NCBI GenBank assembly: GCA_963835575.1
Contig: CAWIGG010000004.1
Location: 672,001 to 736,000 of the forward strand
Length of the DNA: 64,000 nucleotides
Direction of reading: 5' to 3'
Origin: an uncultured Spirochaetota bacterium
GTDB taxonomy: Bacteria; Spirochaetota; Brevinematia; Brevinematales; JAOACQ01
The notes beneath the pieces are model-generated. The model had not been told where the DNA came from. It was given only the letters and a program-made list of their open reading frames with translations, and ran no database searches. Of the stretch, positions 41,002 through 50,608 are shown in pieces. The position numbers and the translations under genes were made by a program. Each line of letters starts with the position of its first letter. Position 1 is the first letter of the stretch.

Positions 41002-41092
41002 AATTATACCCTGTAAATTCATTTAACATTTGTGTCTTTCCACCAACCCATTTAAGAAATGGTTTTTCGATTATATTTTCTTTACTTAACAT
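40988..41092 (-). pseudogene. N-terminal remnant of a Dam-family DNA adenine methyltransferase
   Basis: RBS AGGAG, then MLSKENIIEKPFLKWVGGKTQMLNEFTGYNYEAT*. KPFLKW.GGK is the Dam N-terminal motif. Below the ORF-track cutoff. Confidence 0.75.
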
Positions 41093-41197
41093 TTATTACT
41101 CCTGTGGACAATAATGATCTTTTACTATACTATTATTATAACAATAATATTTGTTTTTACCAAAAATATTTACTTTTCCTTTTAGTCAATGAATGAA

Positions 41198-42481
41198 GGG
41201 CGGTTTTAAAAACCGTCTAATTTATCAACACTTCCCTGATAATAGAAAATATTTTCAAAATATTTCTGCCAACAGGTTAAAAACTGTTTCTATTACCAAA
41301 ATTCAGCCAAACACGGGCAATATTATCCATATCTTCTGTATTTTAAGCCGCACAAGACGCAATTCGACCTTTTACCACAACATACCGTGCTAAATTATAA
41401 ACCAGATTCATCAGCCCGATTTGGCTCTCTGCCCTTTCTTTTCCTATCGATCGTATTGTACTGCCGTTCATACTATTTTCAACAAAACCAAAAACATGCT
41501 CAACACGAACACGGATGCGGCTCTTTCTTCTATTTTTTTCTTTCTGCTTCTCCGTCAATGGCTTATTTCTGTATCCTTTTTCGTGAATCCGGTTTTTCAT
41601 CTCAAATTTTTCTAATATTCCTGCTACCGTTGGGCCAACATATGCGCTGTCCGCGTAAAACGGCTTCCCTTTGTCTTTCTCATTCAATAGAGGTTCAACT
41701 ACCTGTGAATCGTGAACGCTCGCATCTGTCGTGACATAAGAACGAATAAGTTTTGACTTCACATCAACCTTTGTATGGTTTTTGTATCCGTAATGCCTCT
41801 CTTTATTCTTGGTCATCCAGCGCGCATCCGTGTCTTTATGGGAAAGCTTATGCGTATTATCTTTCCAATCTTCCGGAACCTCGCCTTCTTTTATTTTCTT
41901 GTTTTCTTCGCGGCTGTTCCTCTGCCGGGGAACATCCACAAAACTTGCGTCTACCATAACGCCCGCTTTCCCTATCACACCTTTATTCTCAAGATTCTCA
42001 TCGAATATTTTAAAAAGTTTCTCTATTGCTTTCGCTTTCGTCAGTTTTTCCTTGAATTCCCAGATTTTACTGTAGTCCGGAACTTTGTCCGAAAGTGTTA
42101 TCCCAAGATATCGCTGAACGGATAACCTGTCATTGATCTGAAATTCCGCTTGCTCATCGGAAAGATTGTAATACCTCTGGAATATCAGTATCTTGAACAT
42201 GAAAACATAGTCATAATGTGGCGCTCCACCCGGCGCCTTCTGCTCTTTCAGCGCCAAAATCTCTGTTAACAGCGGCCGGAACATCTCAAAGTCTACAACT
42301 CTGTTAAGCTTATCCAGCGGTGTTTTTACGCCGCTTAGCTTTTCCATCCGCTCCTGATATTCAAACAAGTTACGGTCTTTCCGCTTAATTTTTGTCATAG
42401 CCTTACCTCTGTTTTCTTTGACTATGATTATATGTTTTTATATACTATTTGTATATGATACGTGGGTTTTTCAAACCGCCC
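41198..42481 (-). mobile_element. IS5-family insertion sequence, 1284 bp
   Basis: IRs GGGCGGTTTTAAAAACC / GGTTTTTCAAACCGCCC (16/17). 4-bp target duplication TGAA at 41194-41197 and 42482-42485. Confidence 0.93.
41343..42398 (-). CDS. IS5-family transposase
   Basis: QRYYNLSDEQAEFQINDRLS, VDASFV, DTDARW, YGYKNH, ADSAY and RVRVEHVFG. Confidence 0.94.
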   Translation of the reverse strand: MTKIKRKDRNLFEYQERMEKLSGVKTPLDKLNRVVDFEMFRPLLTEILALKEQKAPGGAPHYDYVFMFKILIFQRYYNLSDEQAEFQINDRLSVQRYLGITLSDKVPDYSKIWEFKEKLTKAKAIEKLFKIFDENLENKGVIGKAGVMVDASFVDVPRQRNSREENKKIKEGEVPEDWKDNTHKLSHKDTDARWMTKNKERHYGYKNHTKVDVKSKLIRSYVTTDASVHDSQVVEPLLNEKDKGKPFYADSAYVGPTVAGILEKFEMKNRIHEKGYRNKPLTEKQKEKNRRKSRIRVRVEHVFGFVENSMNGSTIRSIGKERAESQIGLMNLVYNLARYVVVKGRIASCAA

Positions 42482-42532
42482 TGAAAAGAATATAAGTATA
42501 AGAATTTTGGTTTTTTTACATTTTGATTTAAA

Positions 42533-42817
42533 AATCCTGCTGAATTGGGGTTAAACAACCAGCTTTATTAAAACAAAAAGGAATTCTAAATCAAAATCCC
42601 CTTTCTGCCGGGCGTAGCCCCTTACCCCCCTCCCTCCGAATCCATCTTGCCTAATCAAAGCACCGGATACCAGCAATAAAGTATCTTTAAGAACACTAAA
42701 TCCTACAAATCCGCATAAATCCGTGCAAATCTGTGTGCAATTGGGGTCTATAAATAAGCTTTAATGAAATAAACAAGGGGCCTTAAACTCAAAACCCTTA
42801 TATTACAAGGCGTAGCC
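42533..42817 (-). repeat. Two tandem right-hand copies (one partial, one full) of the ~200-bp unit
   Basis: AATTGGGGT...GGCGTAGCC occurs twice, ending at 42619 and 42817. AATCCTGCTGAATTGGGGT matches the reverse complement of the left unit at 18/19. Confidence 0.78.
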
Positions 42818-42828
42818 ACCCTGTTGAT

Positions 42829-43374
42829 TTACCTTCTATTTCGTCCTATCATAATAACATTTTCGATAATTGTCAGGCCCAGATAAAAAACGCAAAAATA
42901 AGATATTATTATAGAAGCAACCGGATAATAAGAGATCAACAATATCCGGATCAAACAGATGAGTGCGATTGAAATCATGCAAATGAGCCCGGCGGCTTTT
43001 CCGAATTTTGTAAAAACGATCCCTTTTTTCAGGAAGCAGTTCAGCGTGTAAATTGAAAAAGCCATAAAGATAATTATAATTAAAATAAGCGGGACTGTTT
43101 TTTCCAGATAAAAAATTAAAAAAATAGAAAAGACGGCGATAAAATCGGCCGCCAGGTCCAATAAAGCGCCGCTGAAACTTTCAATCTTCCAGATTCTCGC
43201 CAGCATTCCGTCCAGGATATCGGAAATCAATATCGATAAAGCGATAAAAAAAAGTGTCAGATACGCATTATTGAATTCACTGATAATAAAGAACGGCACC
43301 AGCAGAATTCTCAGTCCGGTGAGGCTGTTAACTGTTAATCTATGAACATATTTACTTTCTTTCTTTGCCTTCAT
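42829..43374 (-). CDS. CDP-alcohol phosphatidyltransferase family protein
   Basis: NSLTGLRI and SDILDGMLAR...GALLDLAAD motif. Confidence 0.88.
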   Translation of the reverse strand: MKAKKESKYVHRLTVNSLTGLRILLVPFFIISEFNNAYLTLFFIALSILISDILDGMLARIWKIESFSGALLDLAADFIAVFSIFLIFYLEKTVPLILIIIIFMAFSIYTLNCFLKKGIVFTKFGKAAGLICMISIALICLIRILLISYYPVASIIISYFCVFYLGLTIIENVIMIGRNRR

Positions 43375-43384
43375 TCAATTATTT

Positions 43385-44125
43385 CTACAGTTCGCCTTTG
43401 ATCTTCCGGGCGAACGCCGCGGGATCGGTGGTGATAGTATTTGTTTCCTTGTATTGGATGAATTTTTCCCTGTCGAAGACTTTCGCTTCTTTTTCCTTCA
43501 AGAGCTTTTCAGTAGAATCGAGCTCATTCTGCTGCGCGTTGATTGGCCCTCCGCCTGTCAGGAGAATGAAGCTCTTGATCCCGCTGAGATCGTTATTTTT
43601 GATGTAATTCTCAAGCGGCGGGCGGATCTGCGCGCCGTAAACCGGTGATGTAAATCCGACGGCGGCAGCGTCTTTGATATTGATCTTTAAATTCTTGTTC
43701 GCGCTGTAAAGCACGATTTTATAATCCGTTTTACTGAACTCTCCGCCGAACTGTTTCAGCGTATTGGTGGTGAAGGATGTTCCGCCGGGGTGATAGATGA
43801 TGAAAATACTTTTACTGCCGGAAGGATTGCCCAGAGTGACGGCGGGGATATTCTGTTCGCGGTCCAGAAACGCAATAAACCACATCCCGAGACCGGCGGG
43901 CAGGGCCATCGTGATAAGAACAAAATAGAAAAAAATCATGAGCAGGACTCCGGCGATCCCTGCCTTTCCTGTCATCTGATGGATGATGGTATATCCCCAC
44001 AGCGCGGCAATGGCGAAGAGCGGGACGATTTTAACGCCGATAGGAATCATTTTACCCATTCCCGATATAAACATACCAAGCGTGCAGAACCCCAGTATGA
44101 CAGTAAAAATAATAGCGAAATTCAT
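43385..44125 (-). CDS. Membrane protein with a C-terminal flavodoxin-like domain
   Basis: Three N-terminal TM helices, then IIYHPGGTSFT and GFTSPVYGA. Confidence 0.6.
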   Translation of the reverse strand: MNFAIIFTVILGFCTLGMFISGMGKMIPIGVKIVPLFAIAALWGYTIIHQMTGKAGIAGVLLMIFFYFVLITMALPAGLGMWFIAFLDREQNIPAVTLGNPSGSKSIFIIYHPGGTSFTTNTLKQFGGEFSKTDYKIVLYSANKNLKINIKDAAAVGFTSPVYGAQIRPPLENYIKNNDLSGIKSFILLTGGGPINAQQNELDSTEKLLKEKEAKVFDREKFIQYKETNTITTDPAAFARKIKGEL

Positions 44126-45588
44126 GACGGCCTCCTTTTATTTTTAAAATCAAAGATATGGCCGAAAACCTTTTTCCCGGCCCTGATAAAATATTTTACG
44201 TCTTCCAGGTCGCGGATGCTGACGAGCTTGCGGGCCAAAAACTCGGGATTGAAGGAAACGCTGTACAAGCCCTGGACGAGCTTCATGAGCTTTTCATTGC
44301 CCATTGGGGTTTTCATCACGGGCTCGCGCATGTCAAACCTGTCCCAGTCGTCTGTCAGGAGCCAGCCGTTTGATTTACATTCCTCGTAAAGCGGCGTTCC
44401 GGGATAGGGGATCACGACGGTGGCCTGCATGGTATAGGCGTAGTTTTTGATCAAAAGGTACTGGCCGAGTTTGAGTGTATTGAGGGCCTCTTCCTCCGTT
44501 TCCCAGGGATAACCGAACATGATAGTGATATGCGGATAGAGCCCCGCTTTACGGATCAGCTTGACATTGGCGATCATTTCATCAATCGTTTCGCCTTTTT
44601 TGACCCTGTCCAGCGTGTTCTGGTTGGCGGACTCAATGCCGACAAGGATCAGGCGGAAGCCGGCCTTTTTCATCAGCTTCATGTCCTCGAATGACAGGGC
44701 TTTTCCCAGCCGCATATTGCAGTCGATATTGACCTTTTTATTGTAGCCCCTTTTTATCATCCCTTCGCAGAATTCCTTAAGCCAGTCCCCGATGGGGAAT
44801 GTTCCCGTATCGTCCATAATTTCCTTAACGCCGTATTTTTCAATGAGCATGCCGATTTCATCCAGGAGAAGGCTGGGGCTTTTTTTATTAAAAAAGGGAA
44901 AGAGAGTGGTCCATGAGCAGAAAGTGCATTGATGGTACCAGCAGTCCCTGCCGACCATGGTGTATGTGCCCGGGGTCTCTTTATAGTTCCCGTTATTAAA
45001 GGCATAAAGCCGCCAGTTTGTGAGGTCCCTGTCAATCGCCGGGAGGATATTCAAATCATATTTTCTTTCAAATTGTCCGCTGTTCAGGACGGTGCCTTCC
45101 CTGCTTTTCCAGTAAATTCCAGGCTCAAGAGGACTTTTTTTCGTTATATAATCCGCCAGGCTCAGGAGTAGGAAATCATAATCGCCGCCGGTCAATATAT
45201 AATCGACTCTGGATTTTTCAAAAGCCTCAAGCGGGAAGGCGGTGACATGGTCGCCCATCAAGACTATTTTTGTTTCAGGCAAAAGGGATTTGATATCATC
45301 GATAATCTGATAGTGTTTTTTTACGACTGGGGTCTTAGTTTCCATCGCTATCAGGTCCGGTTTGTTTTCAACGATCCTCTTTTTCCATGCTTCATAGTTC
45401 AGTCCTTCTGCGATGGCGTCATCCCATAAAATAGCGTAGCCTTTCTGTTTAAGATATGTCGCGGCCGAAGCGGGAACCATGGGATAGATATATGTCGCGT
45501 CGTTAAACCACTGGAACTGTCTGTTCTGCGTGAGGAGCGGGACGCCTTTGCCGCTGTCCAGAGGCGGGTAGGAGATGGAAATTTTCAT
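44122..45588 (-). CDS. B12-binding radical SAM protein
   Basis: N-terminal cobalamin-binding-like domain, GRDCWYHQCTFC cluster motif, GIESANQ, FGYPWET and PYPGTPLY. Confidence 0.9.
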   Translation of the reverse strand: MKISISYPPLDSGKGVPLLTQNRQFQWFNDATYIYPMVPASAATYLKQKGYAILWDDAIAEGLNYEAWKKRIVENKPDLIAMETKTPVVKKHYQIIDDIKSLLPETKIVLMGDHVTAFPLEAFEKSRVDYILTGGDYDFLLLSLADYITKKSPLEPGIYWKSREGTVLNSGQFERKYDLNILPAIDRDLTNWRLYAFNNGNYKETPGTYTMVGRDCWYHQCTFCSWTTLFPFFNKKSPSLLLDEIGMLIEKYGVKEIMDDTGTFPIGDWLKEFCEGMIKRGYNKKVNIDCNMRLGKALSFEDMKLMKKAGFRLILVGIESANQNTLDRVKKGETIDEMIANVKLIRKAGLYPHITIMFGYPWETEEEALNTLKLGQYLLIKNYAYTMQATVVIPYPGTPLYEECKSNGWLLTDDWDRFDMREPVMKTPMGNEKLMKLVQGLYSVSFNPEFLARKLVSIRDLEDVKYFIRAGKKVFGHIFDFKNKRRPS

Positions 45589-45590
45589 TT

Positions 45591-46565
45591 TTACCTCTTT
45601 AAATCCGTTGTGAATAAAATCCCTTTTATAAAATTAATGCCGTATGTCATGTGGGACAGAAAAACGCCCGCCACTGTCCAGAACGTCTCGATCACCGCGG
45701 GTTTTAAGGCAAAGATGATACTGAGCAGGAAGTAAAAACCCATAACGGCCCAGTAAACGGCGGCAACGGGCAATGAAAAAAGCGAGAGGATAAAACCCGC
45801 CGCGGCAAAAAGGAAAAAAGCGGATGGTATAAAGTAGGAAAGCTTGAATGAGGTCTCCGGGTATTTCTTGGCGAAAAAGCCGCGATGCATTGCGTAATTG
45901 GCGATTTGCCTGAAATGGTATGGGAATAGGTCCCTTCTATGGTGATAAACAAGGACATCAGGCGAGTAAAGGATCTTATAGTCGAGGCGTTTGATTTCCA
46001 GGCAGAATTTTGTGTCTTCACCTGGATAGAATGTGGAATCGAACCCGCCGATTTTATCAAATACGGACTTGCGCACGATCAGGTTGACGGAAGGGATGTC
46101 GTAATCCTCATGCACTTTCCCAATAGAGATATATCGTTTCCTGTACTGGCCGCTCATGACAAAGGATGAATAAACATTACCGGAGATCTTTTTCCAGAAC
46201 GGCTCGCCTTCAGGCGTTACTGCCGGCCCGCCGACCGCGGCGATCTTCGGGTTTTTAAAAAACTTCAGCGCGTTTTTCAGCCAGTCTTTGCGGGGAAAGG
46301 CGTCGTCATCGATGAAAGCGAGAATTTCACCTCGGGCGTTTTTTGCCCCGAGGTCCCTTTTCTCAGCAGGGCCGACTTTGCCGCTCGGGATGACTTTGAT
46401 ATCGAGCCTGCGGGATAAGATTGCTTTCTCATTCCGGTCCGGCAGGATGATGATCTCAAAATTCCCCGCGTCCAGTTTTTCATAGTATGTAATACTTTCC
46501 CTGATGTAATCATTAAAACGGGGCAGCGGGATGATTATGGATACATGAATCTTTTTACGCGGCAT
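45591..46565 (-). CDS. GT2-family glycosyltransferase
   Basis: GEILAFIDDDA, GGFD...GED, VYHHRR and C-terminal TM helices. Confidence 0.92.
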   Translation of the reverse strand: MPRKKIHVSIIIPLPRFNDYIRESITYYEKLDAGNFEIIILPDRNEKAILSRRLDIKVIPSGKVGPAEKRDLGAKNARGEILAFIDDDAFPRKDWLKNALKFFKNPKIAAVGGPAVTPEGEPFWKKISGNVYSSFVMSGQYRKRYISIGKVHEDYDIPSVNLIVRKSVFDKIGGFDSTFYPGEDTKFCLEIKRLDYKILYSPDVLVYHHRRDLFPYHFRQIANYAMHRGFFAKKYPETSFKLSYFIPSAFFLFAAAGFILSLFSLPVAAVYWAVMGFYFLLSIIFALKPAVIETFWTVAGVFLSHMTYGINFIKGILFTTDLKR

Positions 46566-46689
46566 ATAGCGCAGTGTCGCTCCTTTTGTTTGGATCCTGG
46601 CGGATATTTTATCATAAGACAGTCAATAAAACAAAGAATAGATAAATTTTATTCCTTATCTGTTTGGTCCAAATTATTGTATTGGGTCT

Positions 46690-46955
46690 TCCGCGAAGCC
46701 ACGCGAATTCACGCTAATAATTATACAGGTATACTAGAAAACTAAAATTTATATATATCTCGATACAAGAGTAAAAGCAGGGAGAAAACACTCAGGGAAC
46801 GATTTAAGACTTTTTACACAGTCTGATGGTTTACAGAGATTTAATATTTAAAATTAAATTATAACTCTGTGAGCTCTGTGTGAGAATTTCCAACCTATAA
46901 CTTCCAATTCATTTCTTTTCACCCCGATTTGCGTCCATTCGCGTGCATTAGCGGA
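46690..46955. repeat. Paired 10-bp-period triplet-arm element (ACGCGAAT type) with nested fragments
   Basis: Left arm TCCGCGAAGCCACGCGAATTCACGCTAAT; right arm ATTTGCGTCCATTCGCGTGCATTAGCGGA. Encloses TTTTACACAGTCTG and CTCTGTGAGCTCTGTGTGA. Confidence 0.8.
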
Positions 46956-47020
46956 TTATCCGTAGAGCCATCAGATTTAATTTGGACACAAGCAGAACCT
47001 TATGCTAAAATGACAAAGGT

Positions 47021-48297
47021 ATGAAAAACAATAAAATCCTTTTTATCGTCTGTCCGCCCTTCTGGGAAAAGCTTCCGCCCCTGGGCATCGCTTATCTGAC
47101 CGGATATTTAAAGAGCAAAGGCTTTAAACCCATTGTTTTTGACCTGAACGCCAGGCTTATCCGCCTGATGCCCGCTTCATTCAGAAAAGACTGGACCATC
47201 AATAGAGATTATATCCGCGGATCATTTTTTGATTTTGCCTTGAACAATTATCCGGATCTTTTCCTTGAATTATTAAGCATGGTCGCGCTGCATTCCATAG
47301 AATACATCGGCTTCAGGTTTTTAACAGCAGCAGGGAATTTACGCTTTCAACGGCGAGGCTTATCAAGGAAAAGTTCCCGGAAATAAAAATCATTCTCGGC
47401 GGACCTGAGACATTCGCCATGAAACAGGAAGGGTTTAAAAAACTGAAAGGGATCTATCATCTTATCATCGGGGAGGGTGAGGAAGCCCTGGTAACTTTAT
47501 TGGAGGGAAAAACAAAAGAAAGGTATATTGAAACCCGCGGCAATGCATTTACAAAATATTTCCCGAAATATGAAAGCATGGATTTAAGTCTCTATTCCAG
47601 GAAAGGGAGTCTGCCCGTTCTCATGAGCCGGGGGTGCATTCACAAGTGCCGGTTCTGCCTTGAACGGCTGATTTATCCGGATTATCACATAAAGAAAGCC
47701 GGGCTGGTGTTCGAGGAAATCCTCTATCATTACAAAAATAACGGTGTGCGGTGGTTTACATTTTATGACTCGATATTCAACGGCAATCTGATGGAGCTGG
47801 ACAGGCTCCTCGATCTTATCCTGCGGGAACGTTTGAAAATCATGTGGGACGCGCAGATAGCGGTGAGAAAAGACATGGGCGCTGCGCTGTTGAAGAAAAT
47901 GAAAAGAGCCGGCTGTATCAATTTGTTTATCGGCCTGGAAAGCGGCTCAGACAGCCTGCTGAAAAAGATGAATAAGCATTTTACTTCGGAAGAGGCCGCG
48001 CTCTTTTTCCAGAAGCTCCGGCAGGCGGGCCTTCAGTTTGAGGTGAGCCTGATCGCGCATTACCCGGGAGAGACTGAAAAACAATTGAGTGAGACTCTGT
48101 CCTTTCTCAGGGACAATAAAAAATTCATACCGAAAGTGGCACAAATCAGCCTTTTCAGGAATTATCCGGGAACTTCTGTTACTGTGCCGGAAGGTTATAA
48201 TGAAGCCGTCGGTCTAGAAAAAATAAACCGGATGCTTGATTTCCTCAAAGAGCAGGGAATACCCTATACAAAAAGCTATGTAAATAATCTTATTTAA
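47021..48297 (+). pseudogene. B12-binding radical SAM protein split by a -1 frameshift
   Basis: ORFs 47021-47386 (PPLGIAYL) and 47419-48297 (SRGCIHKCRFC). One extra base at ~47316 restores IGFSVFNSSREF...KIILGGPE in frame. Confidence 0.85.
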
Positions 48298-48459
48298 GGA
48301 CAGTTCCAAAAACCTTGTTCTTGGAACTGTCCCGTTTTAGATAAACTTTTTGGTTTATATAACTCCCGCTGCTGCGTGGAGTTCGCAAAGCGAACTCAGC
48401 AGCAGCAGAACTCAGAACAACTTTGATAGTTCAAAAATTATGAATTTTTAGAACTGCCT
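48298..48459. repeat. Cluster of three palindromes (two GGCAGTTCYAAAA-type, one REP-like hairpin)
   Basis: GGACAGTTCCAA...TTGGAACTGTCC (48298-48332); GCTGCTGC-gtg-GAGTTCGC-aaa-GCGAACTC-a-GCAGCAGC (48368-48406); AGTTCAAAAATT...AATTTTTAGAACT (~48425-48459). Confidence 0.7.
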
Positions 48460-48552
48460 TTTAGGCAATAGAAATATTCCGGTAATAATTATTTTGACGG
48501 AAATGCGGATCATCTCTATGATAGATGGTCAGTAAAAGAGGGGACAATAGCG

Positions 48553-50589
48553 ATGGGTTCGCAGAAAAAAAAAGACAATAAATCCTGGCTGGAAGAACTT
48601 AATGAAGCCCAACGGCAGGCCGCAACTTTTGGAGAGGGACCGCTTATTATAGTAGCTGGCGCCGGCAGCGGCAAGACAAAAACGCTCGCTTCAAGGGTGG
48701 CCTGGCTTTTAACACAGGGGATAGACCCGCAGAAGATCCTTCTCCTGACGTTCACCCGGCGTGCCGCAGAGGAGATGCTGAAGCGCGCCTCCCAGGCCGT
48801 CGGATCGTCGGGGCAATCAGCTGTTAAGGTCTGGGGCGGAACGTTCCATTCCACAGCGAACAGGCTTCTCCGGATTTACTCTGAGGCCGCCGGCTTGAAC
48901 CGCGAGTTTACCATCATGGACCAGACCGACGCAGAGGACTTTCTGGACATTCTCCGGAATGAGCTTGCTGTGGACAAAACCGGCGCGCGGTTTCCCAGGA
49001 AGAGCACATGCCTCGCCATCTATTCCAGAAAAGTGAACGGGACGGAAAGCCTGGATTATGTTTTAAAAAAATACTTTCCCTGGTGCGTCCGGTGGAAGAA
49101 TGAGCTGACGGAGCTTTTCCGCCTGTATGTGGAGAGGAAACAGTCCCAGAATGTGCTTGACTATGACGATCTTCTCCTTTACTGGTATCTGCTTCTCGAG
49201 GACGGATCCATAGCGGAATCCATGGAAAACAGGTTTACGCATATCCTTGTGGATGAATATCAGGATACCAACCCGATCCAGTCGGGAATCCTGCGGAGAA
49301 TGCGTCAAAAAAATAAAAATATTACGGTTGTCGGCGACGACGCCCAGTCCATCTACAGCTTCCGGTCGGCGACGGTCCGGAACATGCTGGATTTTCCGAA
49401 GCATTTCCCCGGCGCCGCCGTTATCACTCTGGAGCAGAACTATCGTTCCGTGGAGCCTATTCTCAATACAACGAATGTTTTAATTTCTCAGGCAAGGGAG
49501 CGGTTCAGTAAAAATCTATTCTCAACGCGTCTGGAAGGCTCAAGACCGGAACTGGTGACCTGTTTTGATGAGACTTTTCAGGATGAGGCCGTCATCGGCA
49601 GGGTGCTCGCGCGGTATGAGGAAGGCATCCCGCTCCATAATCAGGCTGTTTTATTCAGGGCCGCGTCGAATTCCGCCTCCCTGGAAATCGCTCTTTCGCG
49701 GAAAAACATTCCCTTTGTAAAATACGGCGGGCTGCGGTTTCTTGAGGCCGCCCATATCAAGGACCTGCTGAGCTTTCTAAGGGTCCTGGAGAACCCGAGG
49801 GATGAGCGGGCATGGTTCCGGATGCTACAGCTTTTTAAAGGCATCGGGCCGGCAATAGCGGCCGATATCTTCAAATTTATTAGCGGGTCTCAATACAGCC
49901 TCGGCGCTGTCGGATCTTATACCGGCGGAAAAGATGTTTCCGGGCACATGAAAAAATTATCGGCGTTGTTTAATGACTGCGCTGAAAAAGGACTGGCGCC
50001 TTCAGAGGAAATAGAGAGGATTTTTAAATTGTACAGGCCTCTTTTAAAGGAACTCTATGAAAACCCTGACCAGCGCGCCGCCGATATCGAACAGCTGGCC
50101 GGACTGGCTTCGGGTTATGAGACAAGAGGAAAGTTCCTGACGGATTTGATGCTTGACCCGCCTTCTTTTACGGGCGATCTTGCCGGGAAGCCGATAATGG
50201 ATGAAGATTATCTTATTTTATCGACCATCCATTCGGCGAAAGGCTGCGAATGGGACGCGGTGTATCTCATCCATGCGGCAGACGGCTGTCTTCCCTCGGA
50301 TATGGCGACAGGCTCCGCCGAGGAGATCGAGGAAGAATTGCGCCTTGCCTATGTCGCCATGACGCGCGCCAGGGACTATTTGACGGTCCTCTGGCCGAAG
50401 CGTTTTTATTCAAGGCCGGCCGGGTTTTCAGACAATCATGTCTACGCCCAGCTTTCAAGGTTTTTTACGCCGGAAGTGCTCTTCACAATGATTGAATCCT
50501 CGGCCGGCGCGGTTGAGGAAGAAAAGGACAAAGGATCAATCTTAAAACCCATTGAGAGCGTTCAATCAAAATTGAAGGGAATGTGGTAA
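48553..50589 (+). CDS. UvrD/Rep-family ATP-dependent DNA helicase
   Basis: AGAGSGKT, LVDEYQDTN, VGDDAQSIYSFR, LEQNYRS, TIHSAKGCEW and YVAMTRA. Confidence 0.95.
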   Translation: MGSQKKKDNKSWLEELNEAQRQAATFGEGPLIIVAGAGSGKTKTLASRVAWLLTQGIDPQKILLLTFTRRAAEEMLKRASQAVGSSGQSAVKVWGGTFHSTANRLLRIYSEAAGLNREFTIMDQTDAEDFLDILRNELAVDKTGARFPRKSTCLAIYSRKVNGTESLDYVLKKYFPWCVRWKNELTELFRLYVERKQSQNVLDYDDLLLYWYLLLEDGSIAESMENRFTHILVDEYQDTNPIQSGILRRMRQKNKNITVVGDDAQSIYSFRSATVRNMLDFPKHFPGAAVITLEQNYRSVEPILNTTNVLISQARERFSKNLFSTRLEGSRPELVTCFDETFQDEAVIGRVLARYEEGIPLHNQAVLFRAASNSASLEIALSRKNIPFVKYGGLRFLEAAHIKDLLSFLRVLENPRDERAWFRMLQLFKGIGPAIAADIFKFISGSQYSLGAVGSYTGGKDVSGHMKKLSALFNDCAEKGLAPSEEIERIFKLYRPLLKELYENPDQRAADIEQLAGLASGYETRGKFLTDLMLDPPSFTGDLAGKPIMDEDYLILSTIHSAKGCEWDAVYLIHAADGCLPSDMATGSAEEIEEELRLAYVAMTRARDYLTVLWPKRFYSRPAGFSDNHVYAQLSRFFTPEVLFTMIESSAGAVEEEKDKGSILKPIESVQSKLKGMW

Positions 50590-50608
50590 AGAATCTCAAT
50601 TCATAGAA

